Shown here piece by piece: positions 32,565-44,979 of a DNA stretch of 64,000 bases (position 1 is the stretch's first letter; each line of letters begins with the position of its first letter). The notes under the pieces are model-generated. The model ran no database searches. It was not told where the DNA came from and saw nothing but the letters and a program-made list of their open reading frames with translations. The position numbers were made by a program, and so were the translations under genes. This DNA is from Selaginella moellendorffii (lineage: Eukaryota; Plantae; Lycopodiophyta), in the NCBI RefSeq assembly GCF_000143415.4, contig NW_003314331.1:793169-857168 (forward strand), given 5' to 3'.

Positions 32565-34258
32565 AGCAGGCACCGCCGAGGTGTTTTAACAGGGGCAGAG
32601 ATCTGAGATCAGGGGAAGCAGATAACAGTTCCGAACAGTCACCTTGTTCAAACCTCGATAGTCGATAACTAGCCACAAACTCCCATCCTTCTTCTTGACA
32701 AAGAAGACAGGCGCTCCAGTTGGGGACTGCGAATGCTAAATGTGGAATTGGTGGTGGCTTTGATAAAAGGTGGTGAGGAGCTTGATAAAGAAGAAAAATG
32801 ATTTTTATTCGGGGAGTCCAAACAGACAGCTCCTACTCTGTTTGGACAAGGTCATTTCCCAATTGCAACAGAGGTGGACCTTGAGGCAGAGTGAATTCGA
32901 GCAGTCGGGGAGGCTTCTTGGGACACACAGCTACTTTGTGATTAGGATTAGCATAATAGAGGCAAAGATTCTGAGATACTCGATGTTGCTTCTCAGCAGG
33001 ACTTAGCTTCCCTCTTATGAGTCAAGGAGTACCAGAAATATCCATCAGGACTGGAGCAGTAGGTTCAGGAGTATGCCCCGAAGACTCAAGATGGGATTCT
33101 TGAGCCTAGGATGGGAAAACGACGGCACAACGACTTTCCTGACGACGTTCAAAGAGACAATTGTCACATTAAATAGCTTTTTTAATGGCGTCTGACAGGT
33201 CTGTGGGATCCTCCATGGTGAGCAAAAAATCCTTGACACCATTGTTGAGGCCGAAATGAAATTGATCAATCAGGGCCCGCTCATCCCACTGAGTGTCCAA
33301 GGCAAGGAGTTGGAACTCCGCAGCATAGATCGAGGTAGGACGAGACCCCTGAGAGAGACGTCTCATCTTTGTGGTGGCAACCCAAACCCGATCCGTCTTG
33401 CCAAAATATGCTTCAAACTTCTCTTTGAACAACTGAAGGACTATTAGCTCCGGAACCACGACCCCTTTCATGCTCTTCTCCAGGAGAGGAAAAAACCATG
33501 ACAAAGCTGCACCTTCGAGCAACATCCCAATCGCGCCAATTTGAGACTCAAGAGTGGGGTACTGCCAATGTTAAAGTGCGAAGATCAGCTCCATCTAGTT
33601 CAGGAATCCGCAAAGCTCCGAACGCTTGCCTGAGGACTTTGTCGGGAAACTCACCTTCGGTTCAGGAACTCTGCTTGATCCTTAAGCTGAAAGTGAAGCA
33701 AGCTCCTATTACATGTGAAGAAGGGCTGCCTTCAGCTTAGTATTCTCATACTGGACTTTTGTAAGGACTTCGGCCAAGGAATCAAGATGGTTTGCAAACC
33801 ATCGGCAAAGAAAAAAAAAAGGGGGGGAAAAAGGAAAATGCAATCAAACAATCAAGACAAGCTAAAGCAAAAGCAAAAAGCACAATCTGAATCAAACTGT
33901 CAAGACCCCCAACAAGATCAAGGCTGGAAAATGTGGAAGACAAAGAGAAAAGCTAGTGGAGACGAAAAAAAAGCCTTAGATTGGTGTTGATTCAAATTGT
34001 GGAGAAATGGAACAAAGCTAACCTATATATATTATAGGTTGATGAAGCTCCACCACTCTTAGATTGAGGACGGCCTAAATATAGTTGAGGTCGAGGAGGT
34101 GCCACATCATCATCAGGATTGTGGTTCGAGAATTAGGAATCATATGGGAAATCAAAGAGTCAGGAATAGGGAAGTGTCTTGAGAGTCAGGAATGTGGTCT
34201 ACGGGTCAGGAATCTGGCAAGAGTCAAGAATGTGGTAAGAATTGGGGGATTCTTGACA
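32565..34258 (-). mobile_element. Truncated Ty3/Gypsy chromovirus-type (Tcn1/Tf1-like) element: 5' LTR + gag + internally deleted RT start
   Basis: LTR 33898-34258 with TGTCAAGA...TCTTGACA termini. Gag LLEGAALSWF..LSQGSRPTSIYAAEFQLLA..WDERALIDQFHFGL (33169-33525). [42 protein letters not shown] (~32600-32740). Confidence 0.88.
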
Positions 34259-35399
34259 TAAATTATGTAAAAAATGCATCAACTTAAATGAGTTAAGATA
34301 ACTTCTTTGTCTGACACGGATGCGCTACCAACTCAGACACCTTCCGGCCATTGCCGACAAAGAAATAGCCAATGGATTTAGCCACCCTTGTTGCTCTAGG
34401 TGTCACCCAACTTACAAAAATGTGATATACCTCTACCTACAAGGATATAGAGAGAGAAGCCAGAGGCCCCAACCATCATAAGTAAAGAAACCAAACTTGT
34501 TAGTAAGGTTAAAATAGACTACTGTAAACAGGCAATTAGAGTTGTTTGCAAGGTCATGCCCTTTGTACAGAATAAGGAATATCAATAAAGAGGCAGGTGA
34601 TGTGACCAGTCGACAGTAGCTACCCTATGACTAAAGATTTCACCATTCACACAAAGTGCCGAAGCTAGTGTGTGTATACTAACTCAAACTTAATGATTAA
34701 TAGATGGACAATATCAAAGTCAAAGACAATGATATCTTAGAGACTTGATTATCAAGGATTAAAGTTTAGATTAAAACACAAAAGTATTCCAAATAAGTTA
34801 TCATATGATACACTAGAATTATAGTATAAGAACCACCACGATCACTATAGTTGGAAAATATAGGATTTACTATCTAACAAAATTCAATAGCCAGTGTATC
34901 ATTAATAAAACTTAACTATCAAAGATTTCATATAGCATGCTAAATAATTTATAAAAGACTATTGAAAGAATACAAAGTATCACCAATTAGCAAGCAAGAT
35001 GCTCGTGAAAGTTTCACTCGAAGGAAATAACATCCTAAACTATCAAAACTAATTAAAGCAACAATCAACAAAACAAAATGAATGTTGCAAAACTAATAAA
35101 CATAGCATTCATATTAATTATTGCACTAACTAATCTAAATAAATTCCAGTCACAATAAAAAGGAACTCAAGTTGCTTAAGCAAGCGTTAGCAATATCCTA
35201 GTGATATCTCAAACCCAAAAGACCAATCCAAAAAAAACCACAAAAAATTTGTAGTAATGCGAAAGCCATAAGCTATCAAAGAGAATAACTAACTATCATA
35301 AAAGATTATCAATTATCTCATTAATAGAGAGATGCATAATTATTATCGAAGAAAGAATTTACCATCCCGAAGAACGACAAATCATTTTAGATAATAGTC

Positions 35400-36418
35400 A
35401 ATCATCACCAATGATTACCAGATGCAAATATTAATATTAACATAAGTTATGAGCCTGAATGCCTTTCCTAACAACTTCTAACAAATGGACCATAAGTATG
35501 AAAACTCAAGGAACCAAATGCTTAAAGAAGCATATAGCCAAATCTTGCTTAACAATGATCATAAGTTTCACATAAACCAATTTCAATGCTAAAAAAAATA
35601 TCATGGTATAACCCACAACATTCTCTTCAACACATCCATAAGCTAAACTTCATAATAACAACACGAATGAAAAGGATATTTAAATCAATCCAAAAGCTAA
35701 GCATAACAAAGCTATGCTCAATAAATGATCCGTAAACGATCCTCCATGAATCCATCTATAGCTAAACGTAACTCACTTCATAACAAGCACAAGAAGAATC
35801 ATCAATGATCAATATAATTTCAACTCAAATCCAATAAATAATTAAACATTCCAATATCAATTATTAGCTCTTCTTCTCATAAAGCTAGCATAGCCTACGA
35901 CAATATCACTTTTCAAGGAAAAGTTAAAACTCAACCCCTACTAAACAATCTCATCTAGAATACAACTAACTTAATTTGCCACTCAGCTTGTTTGAACGCT
36001 AACATAGTTGCTAATTAACAAATGCATGAATGCCAATAACACAAAGCTACAACCAAATCATTAACACTATCTACATCAAAACTAATGAAACTCAATATCA
36101 ATTTTATGGACATCTCTTCCCACTTAAATATCAATATCAAGGGCATTATTTTAATGCCATTAACACCATAACAAAACTAAAAGAAAGTAATGCCACCCAA
36201 AACTTTCTAACAACTAAGCTAACCAAAGTTTAAAATACTTTACTCAGTATCCAAGATTAATTCTTTAACAAAACTCAGTTATGGATAACACTTCATCAAG
36301 GAGTGAATCACCATATCCAAGATGCATCAAAATCCAACACCATGGACTAAACGTAATCAAATGATATCAACAAAGGTAAAATTGATAAGCCAACATGGAA
36401 AACCCATGTAAATCTAAC
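35400..36418 (+). mobile_element. Possible highly degraded Penelope-like/non-LTR reverse transcriptase relic
   Basis: Strong A skew on one strand; scattered peptides LLTNGP*Y (~35475) and ISKMHQNP (~36315) in the order of the PLE LxKGPxY and PKxHKxP motifs. Confidence 0.25.
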
Positions 36419-38340
36419 TGTAATGGTTTTTGCCCTTTATCCTATGGTGATTTACCATACAATAACACCACGAAGCAGAACCTAAACCCTCTTTATGCCA
36501 CATGACACATGCCACGTGTCATATGCCACGTGTCCAAAGGACAATGGTGCAGAACCTGAGGTTTAGGGCCTTGGGCCACTAAACAAAGGAATGATGCCAA
36601 ACTCCCAAGCATAGAGCCAAGGAGTGACGAAACTGGACCATGGAGCAACTCTCAAGCATACAGCCCAAGGAGCGAAGGGGCAAAAGCCTGGAGTGACTTG
36701 GAATAGTCTTAGAGCAACTAGCATCCCAATGCCAGGACCAGCATGCAAAACGGAGCCAAACTGAGTCTGGCGCTATTTTGGAGTCGGGAGTTAAACTATG
36801 CTTTAGGTTGGTTGGCCATGCCCGACCTACCCACTATCCCTACTATATATTTGGAACCCCCNNNNNNNNNNNNNNNNNNNNNNNNNNNNNNNNNNNNNNN
36901 NNNNNNNNNNNNNNNNNNNNNNNNNNNNNNNNNNNNNNNNNNNNNNNNNNNNNNNNNNNNNGGGTGCCACGTGGTAGTGGTTGAAGCGAAAGACACATGA
37001 GCGTAACACGTTTAGACTAAAAGCTCCGACTTGAAAAGTCGAGAGCAGGAGTGGAACTCCCAATGACATGCTCGAGGAATAAGCACGAAGCAAGCAATAA
37101 GTGAGTCTCTAAAAAAGGGACACAAGAGGACCAACATATGACACGTGGAGGAGTCCGAGATGGACCTAAGATGGAGTCCGAGATGGACCCAAGATGGAGT
37201 CCGAGATGGACCAAGATGGAGTCCGAGATGGACCTAAGATGGAGTCCGAGATGGACCCGAGATAGAGTCCGAGATGGACTCGAGATGGAGTCCGAGATAG
37301 ACCCGAGATGGAGTCCAAGAAGGAGTCTGAGATGGAATCCAAGATGGAGTCCGAAGTCGAGATGGACCGAGACCGGGACCGAGACCGAGGTTGAGGCCAA
37401 GACCGAGGCCAAGTCCGAGTCTGAGTCCGAGTCTGAGTCTAAGTCCGAGTCCGAGTCCGAGTCCCAGTCTGAGTTCGATTCCGAGTCCGAGTCTAAGTCC
37501 GAGTTCAAGTTTGAGGGGGTGAAAGCCCAAAGCATTCGTCTCCCAGACTCTCTGGGGGGTTTAGTGAGCTCCAAAAGTATAGTAAGGGGAGGACTTTAGT
37601 GGAGCTAGTTTGGCCAGGAAAAGCTAATTTGGCCCAAGAAGGCCAGATCCAGTGTTGAGTGATGATCTGACTACTGGGAAGTCCAAGGCTAGAGTGAATA
37701 CGAACTAACAAACAGGGTAGCTTGGTGAAGTGTTCAAGAGCCGGCTCTAGTTCCCCCGGGAGATCGAATGGTCAATACTCCTAGTCCAAGTGTGGGTGGC
37801 ACTCCCTACTTGGATACCTAGTGTGGCTCAATGGAACCTCACTTTAAGCCCATAGCTAAAACACCCAAAGGTGGAAGGCGGGGAGAGTACCTAGAAGGCC
37901 CGCGTAAAGCCACAGTGTTCTGAAATGTTGTCCCAAATTCCCAGACTGTAGAAAGTAAGAGGAGTAGTCCTCTGGTGTGGTGACCAAGGACACAATCACA
38001 TAGTGAGGAAGTCCCAAAGGACCATGGGACTTAGTGGTCAAGCTTGTGGACCCCCCCCCCCCCCCCCCCCCGCCCCCCCTTGAGGAACACATGCTTTGGG
38101 CTTTCACCCCAAGTCTCCCTTAGTATCAGGAGTTAGTCTCTAGGACAAGCTTAAAACTTACTAAATATAGAATGGTGCTAAATTGCAAATTTGGACACGG
38201 GACGAACACCATTGTGTTCAAGCTAATCTCTACATTCCATAAATATGCCAAATGAGTGAATCTAAACACTTTCCATAAATAGCATTTTGGACCGAAATGA
38301 AACTAACACAAAAAGCATGATAGTGAGGGTGTTTGGCAAG
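36419..38340. mobile_element. Family-B LTR (36419-36861, 38051-38340) interrupted at its poly-C tract by a gap and a truncated family-A LTR (36962-38048)
   Basis: Starts TGTAATGG; family-A block collinear with 15215-16440, including the GAGATGGAGTCC array. Confidence 0.8.
36862..36961. other. assembly gap (100 N)
   Basis: Run of n. Confidence 1.
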
Positions 38341-38770
38341 CTCATAGCTGCTTGGAGGAGGCTAAATGTTTGTTTGAGAGGCACGTGGTGGCTTGGAACT
38401 CCATGCTTGGCACATATGCCTCGAATGGGCATTTGGACGAGGCACTAGATTCCTTCCTAAAGATGGCTCATCTCTTCAACAATGATCCATATGCTCACCT
38501 CTAGAAACCATCTTGAAAATGCAAAGCTTATTTACGATCGAATGCCTTACAAGAGCAAGATGGCGCACACAGTGCTCCTCTCAGCCTATCTCTGGAATTG
38601 GCCACCTCCAAGAAGCGATGAGCCTCTTCCGGGCACCAAACTCAAGTTTCCAAGAGGAGTCCCTTGGGAGCAAAACCTGGCACCATTGCCATCCAGACAA
38701 TTGCATCGCGCTCCTTGCTCCCGAGAGAATGCCAGAGCAAGACTTAGTCTCACACACACAATGTTAAGAG
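38341..38770 (+). pseudogene. PLS-class pentatricopeptide repeat (PPR) gene fragment
   Basis: CLEEAKCLFERHVVAWNSMLGTYASNGHLDEALDSF; HLENAKLIYDRMP; PERMPEQDLVS; frameshifted. Confidence 0.75.
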
Positions 38771-38800
38771 TTAAATTCCAAGACTGATGTAAAACACTTA

Positions 38801-39045
38801 CCGAGGTGACAACACATGACTCGCCCCAGTATCAAGATAGGACTTCACGTTCCCCAAGTTCATACCACCACGGATCTGCAAGCCACTTGAAATGTAGCAG
38901 AAAACAGCGCTTCTCAACATCTAGAAATTGTATACGCTTCCACTGCCGCGAGCGCTGCCTTCAGGGTCAATGAACGTGTCCTCCGACTCGAAATTCACAA
39001 TCAGCAAAGACTGTGACAAATCCAGCAGAGTAGACCCGGCCAGCA
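38801..39045 (-). pseudogene. HisA/HISN3-like (ProFAR isomerase) gene fragment
   Basis: GSTLLDLSQSLLIVNFESED and GGLQIRGGMNLGNVKSYLDTGASHV(fs)VTS|gtaag resemble plant HISN3 GSTL..VTNFES and GGLQVGGGIN..N..SY..GASHVIVTS; intervening exon missing. Confidence 0.65.
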
Positions 39046-40029
39046 AGATCATCCATTTCTTGACCACTTTATTTTCTCGAGTCAAGCTTAACTTCAAAGA
39101 ACAAAACATGGCCTAGCCGTGTAAAGGAAGGCTAAGATCCACAGAAAAAACGTCATGGAAAACACACAGAGAGTTATACTATTGAGCACTGTAGTTTGCT
39201 GATGGATTGCCATGGTCGTCGCTGGTGTGGACACAGAAACTATCGAGATTTTGGAGAAAGAACTAAACAAAACTGCAGCAGCAAAAGCCGCAGCGATGAC
39301 CAGGCATGAGAGGAGCGATGCAAGCACAAGCTTTCGAGTAGGAGCCATAATTTCTGGAGAGCCAAGAGAAAAGAGAATAGATTGAGCAAACAAAGGGGGC
39401 AATCTCCCATAGATAAAGATCCAAGAGCACGAACTCACACAAAAGCTCGCACAAACTTTTACTCCAGTGGCAGTAGTAGCACCTTAACGTTGATAACCAT
39501 GGTTTCACCACCATGGTTGGAATAATGAAACACACGTTCTCAATGCTGAAGTCAGAATAGATATCAGCGAAAGACGAACATCTTGAGGCGAGTTTAGATT
39601 GGAGCTAAAGGAAATTTGGAGCTGTTGGATTCTTTCTCAGCCGGCAAACTTCCGCCGTCAGTGACTGAAATCTGCTTTACATCCATGCTGGAGGTCAGAA
39701 CCAAAGCTACTGAACTCTCTCTATGTTCCAGAATATGCAATCGAACAAATCTTCAGTTATGTCAAGGTTTGTTCCCAGTAAGTTCAGTTCACTAATACTG
39801 CGCATACTCCTCTCAAATTGTGGATTGCCATTTAAGCGGGACAACGCTCCCACCTCCAAAACCAGCGAGCCTAAGAGAAAAAATCCATGAAATTCTTTAT
39901 GGCCAGAATTATGGTACTCTAAGGAGTATAATCTCTCTAATTTAGAAACTCATTTGACCACTTGTGGTGGTTATTTCCTTTCATTAGTTCAGTTTTTGTT
40001 AAACCTGTTAAAGATACCTTCTCTAACTC

Positions 40030-40370
40030 AATCCTATTACTCATTATTGAGTAATTTTAGTTTTCATCAATATAAACTTTGCACTTTGGAATTTTTAATC
40101 TTGATTTTTTGAAGTCAATTTCCTGGGTATCTTTGACACCTTGCATTGCACATATTATACAACTCCATTGCCCCATCTTAGGAAGTTCTCTATTTGAGGG
40201 CACCATCATCCTCTCTTCTATTTCGTGCCAACTTTTACACTAAGTTTCAGTTATCATAATATGTGCTAAGGCTATCCACAGCCCTATCATTTGACTACCT
40301 TACTACTTTTTCCTTTGAAATTTTCACTTTCGCCAAATCGGAGCAATTAAAAATCCATCTTAGAAACCAA
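40030..40370 (-). mobile_element. Inverted fragment of the family-A internal region
   Basis: Reverse complement of ~20900-21240 (e.g. CAATTTCCTGGGTATCTTTGACACCTTGCATTGCACATA). Confidence 0.75.
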
Positions 40371-40539
40371 AAACCTTTAAAAAAAATTCTCTCATACTTG
40401 CTAGGGATTTAGTGATATGTTTGACAAGTCACTCTAAAGCGTCCACATAATACATGCTACAGCAAGGTAGGCTACTGTTCTGTAAGTTGTTTGGAATTGC
40501 TTGAATTGTTTTCATCATGTTGGATTTTCATTTACAGCT

Positions 40540-41101
40540 GCAGATCCAACTCTGAATCTTGACTGGCCAACTTGATTTAGCATTGCAATTGGTGTTGCTG
40601 AAACGTCCTCCTGGATATAAAGCTCAATGCAAAGATCTTGGACTTTGGAATTTCGAAACTCTTCAACTTAGAAAAAGGCTTCAATCACAAGAACATTGTA
40701 AGTTGCTACATTTTCCCTATAACTTATGTCCCATGCAGCGGATTTGCACCAGAATATGCATTGCAAGGTCGACTAACATTCAAGGTTGATGTCTATAGCT
40801 ATGGAGTACTTCTTTTGGAGATCATCTCTTATAACAATCTCACGCTTCCAACTGACAAACAGCTGCTGCTGCAGTGGGTATGTTCTTCACTCACATGTTT
40901 TTGTTAAAGCTGTACTGTGGCTGCATTCAAACTTGGAGCATGAAACAAAGGGGGAAACTGCTTGAATTCGTGGACAGGAAACTAAAGAGGGATTCTTCCG
41001 AGAGCTTAGAAGCAGAGTTCTCGAGGGTGATACAAGTGGCACTCGTGTGCATGAATGCTGATGAAAAACTGAGGCCAGGTTTGAGCGACGTGGTAGGTTA
41101 G
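40540..41101 (+). pseudogene. Receptor-like kinase C-terminal kinase-domain pseudogene
   Basis: LDWPT*FSIAIGVA; AKILDFGISKLF; APEYALQGRLTFKVDVYSYGVLLLEIIS; RVIQVALVCM..RPGLSDVV; catalytic loop missing. Confidence 0.8.
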
Positions 41102-41946
41102 AACAGAGCCTGAGAACCGAGCCTGAGAACAACAGTTCGGGCTCTGTTCTCGGGCCCGAGGACAGAGCCCGAGAATAACTGCTTGGTCTGAACAACTGCT
41201 TCAGGGGAATTTAAGGGAAAAAAACCTTGAATTTTCCTGTACTGTACTATTTTCATTTTCCCCTTTCAAGTTGGGGGAAATGTCTCCACAATTAATTCCC
41301 AAGCTATTCCCGAAATTCCTCTGTTTTCCTTTGTTTGCGGGAATTTGACCGCTCCAGTGGCTCATGGTAGCCCACTGATATCATCGATCGATCGATCGAC
41401 CCAGCCTGCATGTTTGATAAGCCGATGGATCGATTGATCGACTTGTTTCCAAATTTTTACTTTTCGTTGGAATCGGTGAGGAGGGAGAAGAAGAAGACTC
41501 GGGCTCCGATTCGTCCGTTTCAAATGTTTTTTGTGCTTGACGACCCTAATGCAGCCCAGAGAAATGGAATTTTGGCTCAGAAGCTCTTGCAGTAGGCGTA
41601 CCGATCCTGACTGCCCACCAAGAGCCGCACTGGATCGAAAGGGAAAAAAGAATCCAATCAGAAAGCAGAGCATTGTGTTGGTGATATGTCCGCTTGTGCT
41701 GAAAAGCTCGGCCACTTCCGTTCCTCTTTTGTTTCTTTTTTGGTTCAAGCACCGAAACATGAAGTCAATCGCTCGCCTGCTCGCTCGCTCGATTGATTGA
41801 AAGCTGGTGTGATGAAAGGGCAGCTGCTGTTCTTGTTGATCTGTGAACGTCACATCCGAGTTTGGTTTTGCGAAAGAGCGGAATCCAACAGGAATATTAA
41901 TGGCCCCGGAGAATGACGGATTAGGTAATTGGATCATGAGGTTTTG

Positions 41947-42046
41947 NNNNNNNNNNNNNNNNNNNNNNNNNNNNNNNNNNNNNNNNNNNNNNNNNNNNNN
42001 NNNNNNNNNNNNNNNNNNNNNNNNNNNNNNNNNNNNNNNNNNNNNN
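41947..42046. other. assembly gap (100 N)
   Basis: Run of n. Confidence 1.
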
Positions 42047-42396
42047 CGGGCTGGCGCTGAAATGCATGACGATGTTGGAGTTTGATATGGGGGAATCGGA
42101 CGGTCGGGCTTAGGGTTATTGGAGCTGCTTTCCGCGGTCAAGGTGGAATTCTTTTTACAAGGTGCGATGCAGTCAAGCCGGCATTCTGGATATTGCCGGT
42201 TCCACGCGCAAATGAACGCGGGGTTAGTACAACTCCTGAGCACTAAGCGATTCCCCCAGGTCAATAACCTAGCTTCTCCTGAGTCATGATCAAGGTTCTT
42301 GCTTTACAAGGTGCGATGACAACTGTAAAGCCGGAATTATTGCACTGTTGAAATGAAGGAGCGGCAGGATTTCAGGCACAGCAAGCGCCTCGGATC

Positions 42397-44979
42397 ATGA
42401 AGATGAAGATGCGAGTTCGAGGTATTTTGGTATACTGTTGTTTGGCGATCATACCATTTCTAGCAGCATCAGTGGACGTCCCTACAAGCCAGCCTCTAGT
42501 GTATATCAACAATGATCTTGGACAGTTCGGCGCTCCACTGGAGAAGCAAGACATATATGATGCTACCTTTTACAGGACTGGCTTCTTTGAATCAGACCGC
42601 GGTCTGTACAATCTGGGTTTTGCGAATTCTACACCGGGTCGGTACACGCTTGCTTTGGTACTGAATGCGGATTTAGGGAGTCCTCCGAATAAGTATTCAG
42701 GGCCTTCGTATACGAGTAGATTGATCTGGGAAGCCAACCGAGAGGATCCAGTTGGGTTCAATGCCAGTCTCACCCTTGGAGCTGATGGGAATCTTGTGCT
42801 CCGAGACGCAGATGGAAGATTTGTGTGGTCAACTGATACTGCCAACAAAGGGGCTACCCATGCTGAAATTCTGAAGACAGGTAATTTTGTAGTCAGATCC
42901 AACAACACCATCTTGTGGCAAAGTTTTGATCATCCAAGTGACACCCTCATGGTGAGCCAGATTTTCGAACCAGGAATGAAGCTGCAGAGTCGAACAACCC
43001 TGAGTAATTCATCTTTGGGAGTTTACTCGCTGGTCATGGAACCTGGTGGACTGGTCCTGTATTCCAACTTTTCAGGCTCTCAAGAACCATACTGGGTCAA
43101 GAGCTACTACGGACAGGATACACTCAGTGGTGCACTTCGTACCTGTGATTCACTGGTTGCTGCAGTTCTTGAGGGAGACGGACCTCGACTGTTTCTCGAC
43201 CTTAAGACCAACGGTTCTGCGGCTGCCAACCTGAAGTCCCAGACTTTGTGCAGCTTAAATGCAACAGAGCCTTTGCAGTTGAAGAATTCCAACACTTGGC
43301 AGAATCAATCCTTGATACGACTTGAACCTGACGGAAATCTGCGGGCTTACACGCTAGGGTCCATGTATCTGTGGGAGGATCCTTACCAGCTGTTCGATGA
43401 CGTCGACTCCTGCTGGCTACCTCAGAAGTGCCAGCCTTTTGGGATTTGTTCCAACGGGGCTTGTGTAGGATGTTTAAACCCAGACAGGACAGAAGCAGCT
43501 TGGAGCAACACATGCACTGCTCCTCGGGTTGACAATTGCACAGATGTTCAGTCTCTAGATTTTCTTCCGGTCCCAGGTGCAGAGTATTTTTCCAGCAGAT
43601 ACTTGAATTCTTCAGTCACAAGTTTTGAGGATTGCAGGAGCGGGTGCTTGCAGAATTGCTCCTGTTCAGCTTTCTTCTATTGGAACGAGTCTAGCTCGTG
43701 CTTCATGACCAATAATGTCAACACTCTCCAGACAGTTTCCAATCAAAGTCATGTTGCATACATCAAGGCAACAAAAGTTGAACAAGGCAGTGGTACTCCT
43801 CAGCCGGGTGTCACCGGTCTCTCAGCTGGTGCTATTGCTGGAACAGTGGTTGGCGGCTTGTTCCTGATGCTGGTATGTATTTTAGCGGTGATATTCTTCA
43901 TCAAGAAGAGGAGACAGATTCAGGCTGTTGAATATGACAGTGACACCTTTCTTGAATCCATAGAGAACTTGAGGCCGATACGATTCACCCTTTCGGATCT
44001 GGAACGCATCACAGATAACTTCTCGAAAGTCCTAGGTACCGGTGGTTTTGGTGGTGTGTACGAAGGTGTACTCCCAGATGGTAGGAAAGTTGCTGTGAAG
44101 AAACTGGAAAGTACAGGACAGGGGAAGAAGGAATTCTATGCGGAAGTTGCCGTTCTAGGGACAATTCATCACTGGAATCTGGTAAAACTGCTTGGTTTCT
44201 GCTCAGAGGGTCTAAACAGGCTTCTGGTTTATGAACACATGGAGAATGGTTCCCTGGACAAGTGGATCTACCAGGATTTCCTCGAAGAGAGGGTGCTGAA
44301 CTGGGAACAGAGGATGGAAATTATGCTGGGGATGGCCAGGGGTCTGGCATATTTGCATGAGGAATGCGTAGAGAAGATTATCCACCTCGACATAAAGCCT
44401 CAGAATATCTTGCTGAACGAGGACTTGGTCGCGAAAGTGGCGGACTTCGGTCTCTCCAGGCTCATGTCTCGCGATCAGAGTTACGTTATGACAACAATGA
44501 GAGGTACTCCAGGCTACCTTGCACCAGAGTGGCTACTGGAGGCTGCTATAACAGAGAAGAGCGACGTTTACAGCTTTGGAGTCGTGCTGCTGGAGGTGAT
44601 TAGCGGGCGGAGGAACTTCTCTCGACTTTCTGAGGGAGAAAAGTTTTACCTCCCGGCTTACGCATTGGAGCTGGTGACACAAGAGAAGGAAATGGAGCTG
44701 GTCGATACGCGGTTGAAAGGCAAGTGTGATGAAGCAATCGTGCGGGCAGTTATCAGGATTGCGTTCCAGTGTCTGCAAGAGAACGGGAACTCAAGGCCAT
44801 CGATGGGGAAGGTTGTGCAGATGCTGGAAGGTTCCAGCCCAGTGGAGGACATTCCCCTGGATGGCCTTCCCTTCTCAACCAGGAACGAAGCTCGCATCCT
44901 GCATGTTGATTTTCTCGGGACAGGCTCTACAAGTGCATCTTACTGCCCACAGTCGGGCTCAAGCTTGAGCGCTCGATGA
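42397..44979 (+). CDS. G-type (bulb) lectin S-domain receptor-like Ser/Thr kinase, SD2-type, non-RD; 860 aa, intronless
   Basis: Signal peptide, B-lectin (WEANR..DGNLVL..WQSFDHPSDTL), Cys-rich EGF/PAN modules, TM helix, kinase GTGGFGGVY/VAVKKL/HLDIKPQN/DFG/GTPGYLAPE. Confidence 0.96.
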   Translation: MKMKMRVRGILVYCCLAIIPFLAASVDVPTSQPLVYINNDLGQFGAPLEKQDIYDATFYRTGFFESDRGLYNLGFANSTPGRYTLALVLNADLGSPPNKYSGPSYTSRLIWEANREDPVGFNASLTLGADGNLVLRDADGRFVWSTDTANKGATHAEILKTGNFVVRSNNTILWQSFDHPSDTLMVSQIFEPGMKLQSRTTLSNSSLGVYSLVMEPGGLVLYSNFSGSQEPYWVKSYYGQDTLSGALRTCDSLVAAVLEGDGPRLFLDLKTNGSAAANLKSQTLCSLNATEPLQLKNSNTWQNQSLIRLEPDGNLRAYTLGSMYLWEDPYQLFDDVDSCWLPQKCQPFGICSNGACVGCLNPDRTEAAWSNTCTAPRVDNCTDVQSLDFLPVPGAEYFSSRYLNSSVTSFEDCRSGCLQNCSCSAFFYWNESSSCFMTNNVNTLQTVSNQSHVAYIKATKVEQGSGTPQPGVTGLSAGAIAGTVVGGLFLMLVCILAVIFFIKKRRQIQAVEYDSDTFLESIENLRPIRFTLSDLERITDNFSKVLGTGGFGGVYEGVLPDGRKVAVKKLESTGQGKKEFYAEVAVLGTIHHWNLVKLLGFCSEGLNRLLVYEHMENGSLDKWIYQDFLEERVLNWEQRMEIMLGMARGLAYLHEECVEKIIHLDIKPQNILLNEDLVAKVADFGLSRLMSRDQSYVMTTMRGTPGYLAPEWLLEAAITEKSDVYSFGVVLLEVISGRRNFSRLSEGEKFYLPAYALELVTQEKEMELVDTRLKGKCDEAIVRAVIRIAFQCLQENGNSRPSMGKVVQMLEGSSPVEDIPLDGLPFSTRNEARILHVDFLGTGSTSASYCPQSGSSLSAR

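Noticed and set aside
41362-42264. 300-aa minus-strand ORF
   Set aside because: Spans an N gap and consists of duplicated RLK upstream sequence; no recognisable domain.
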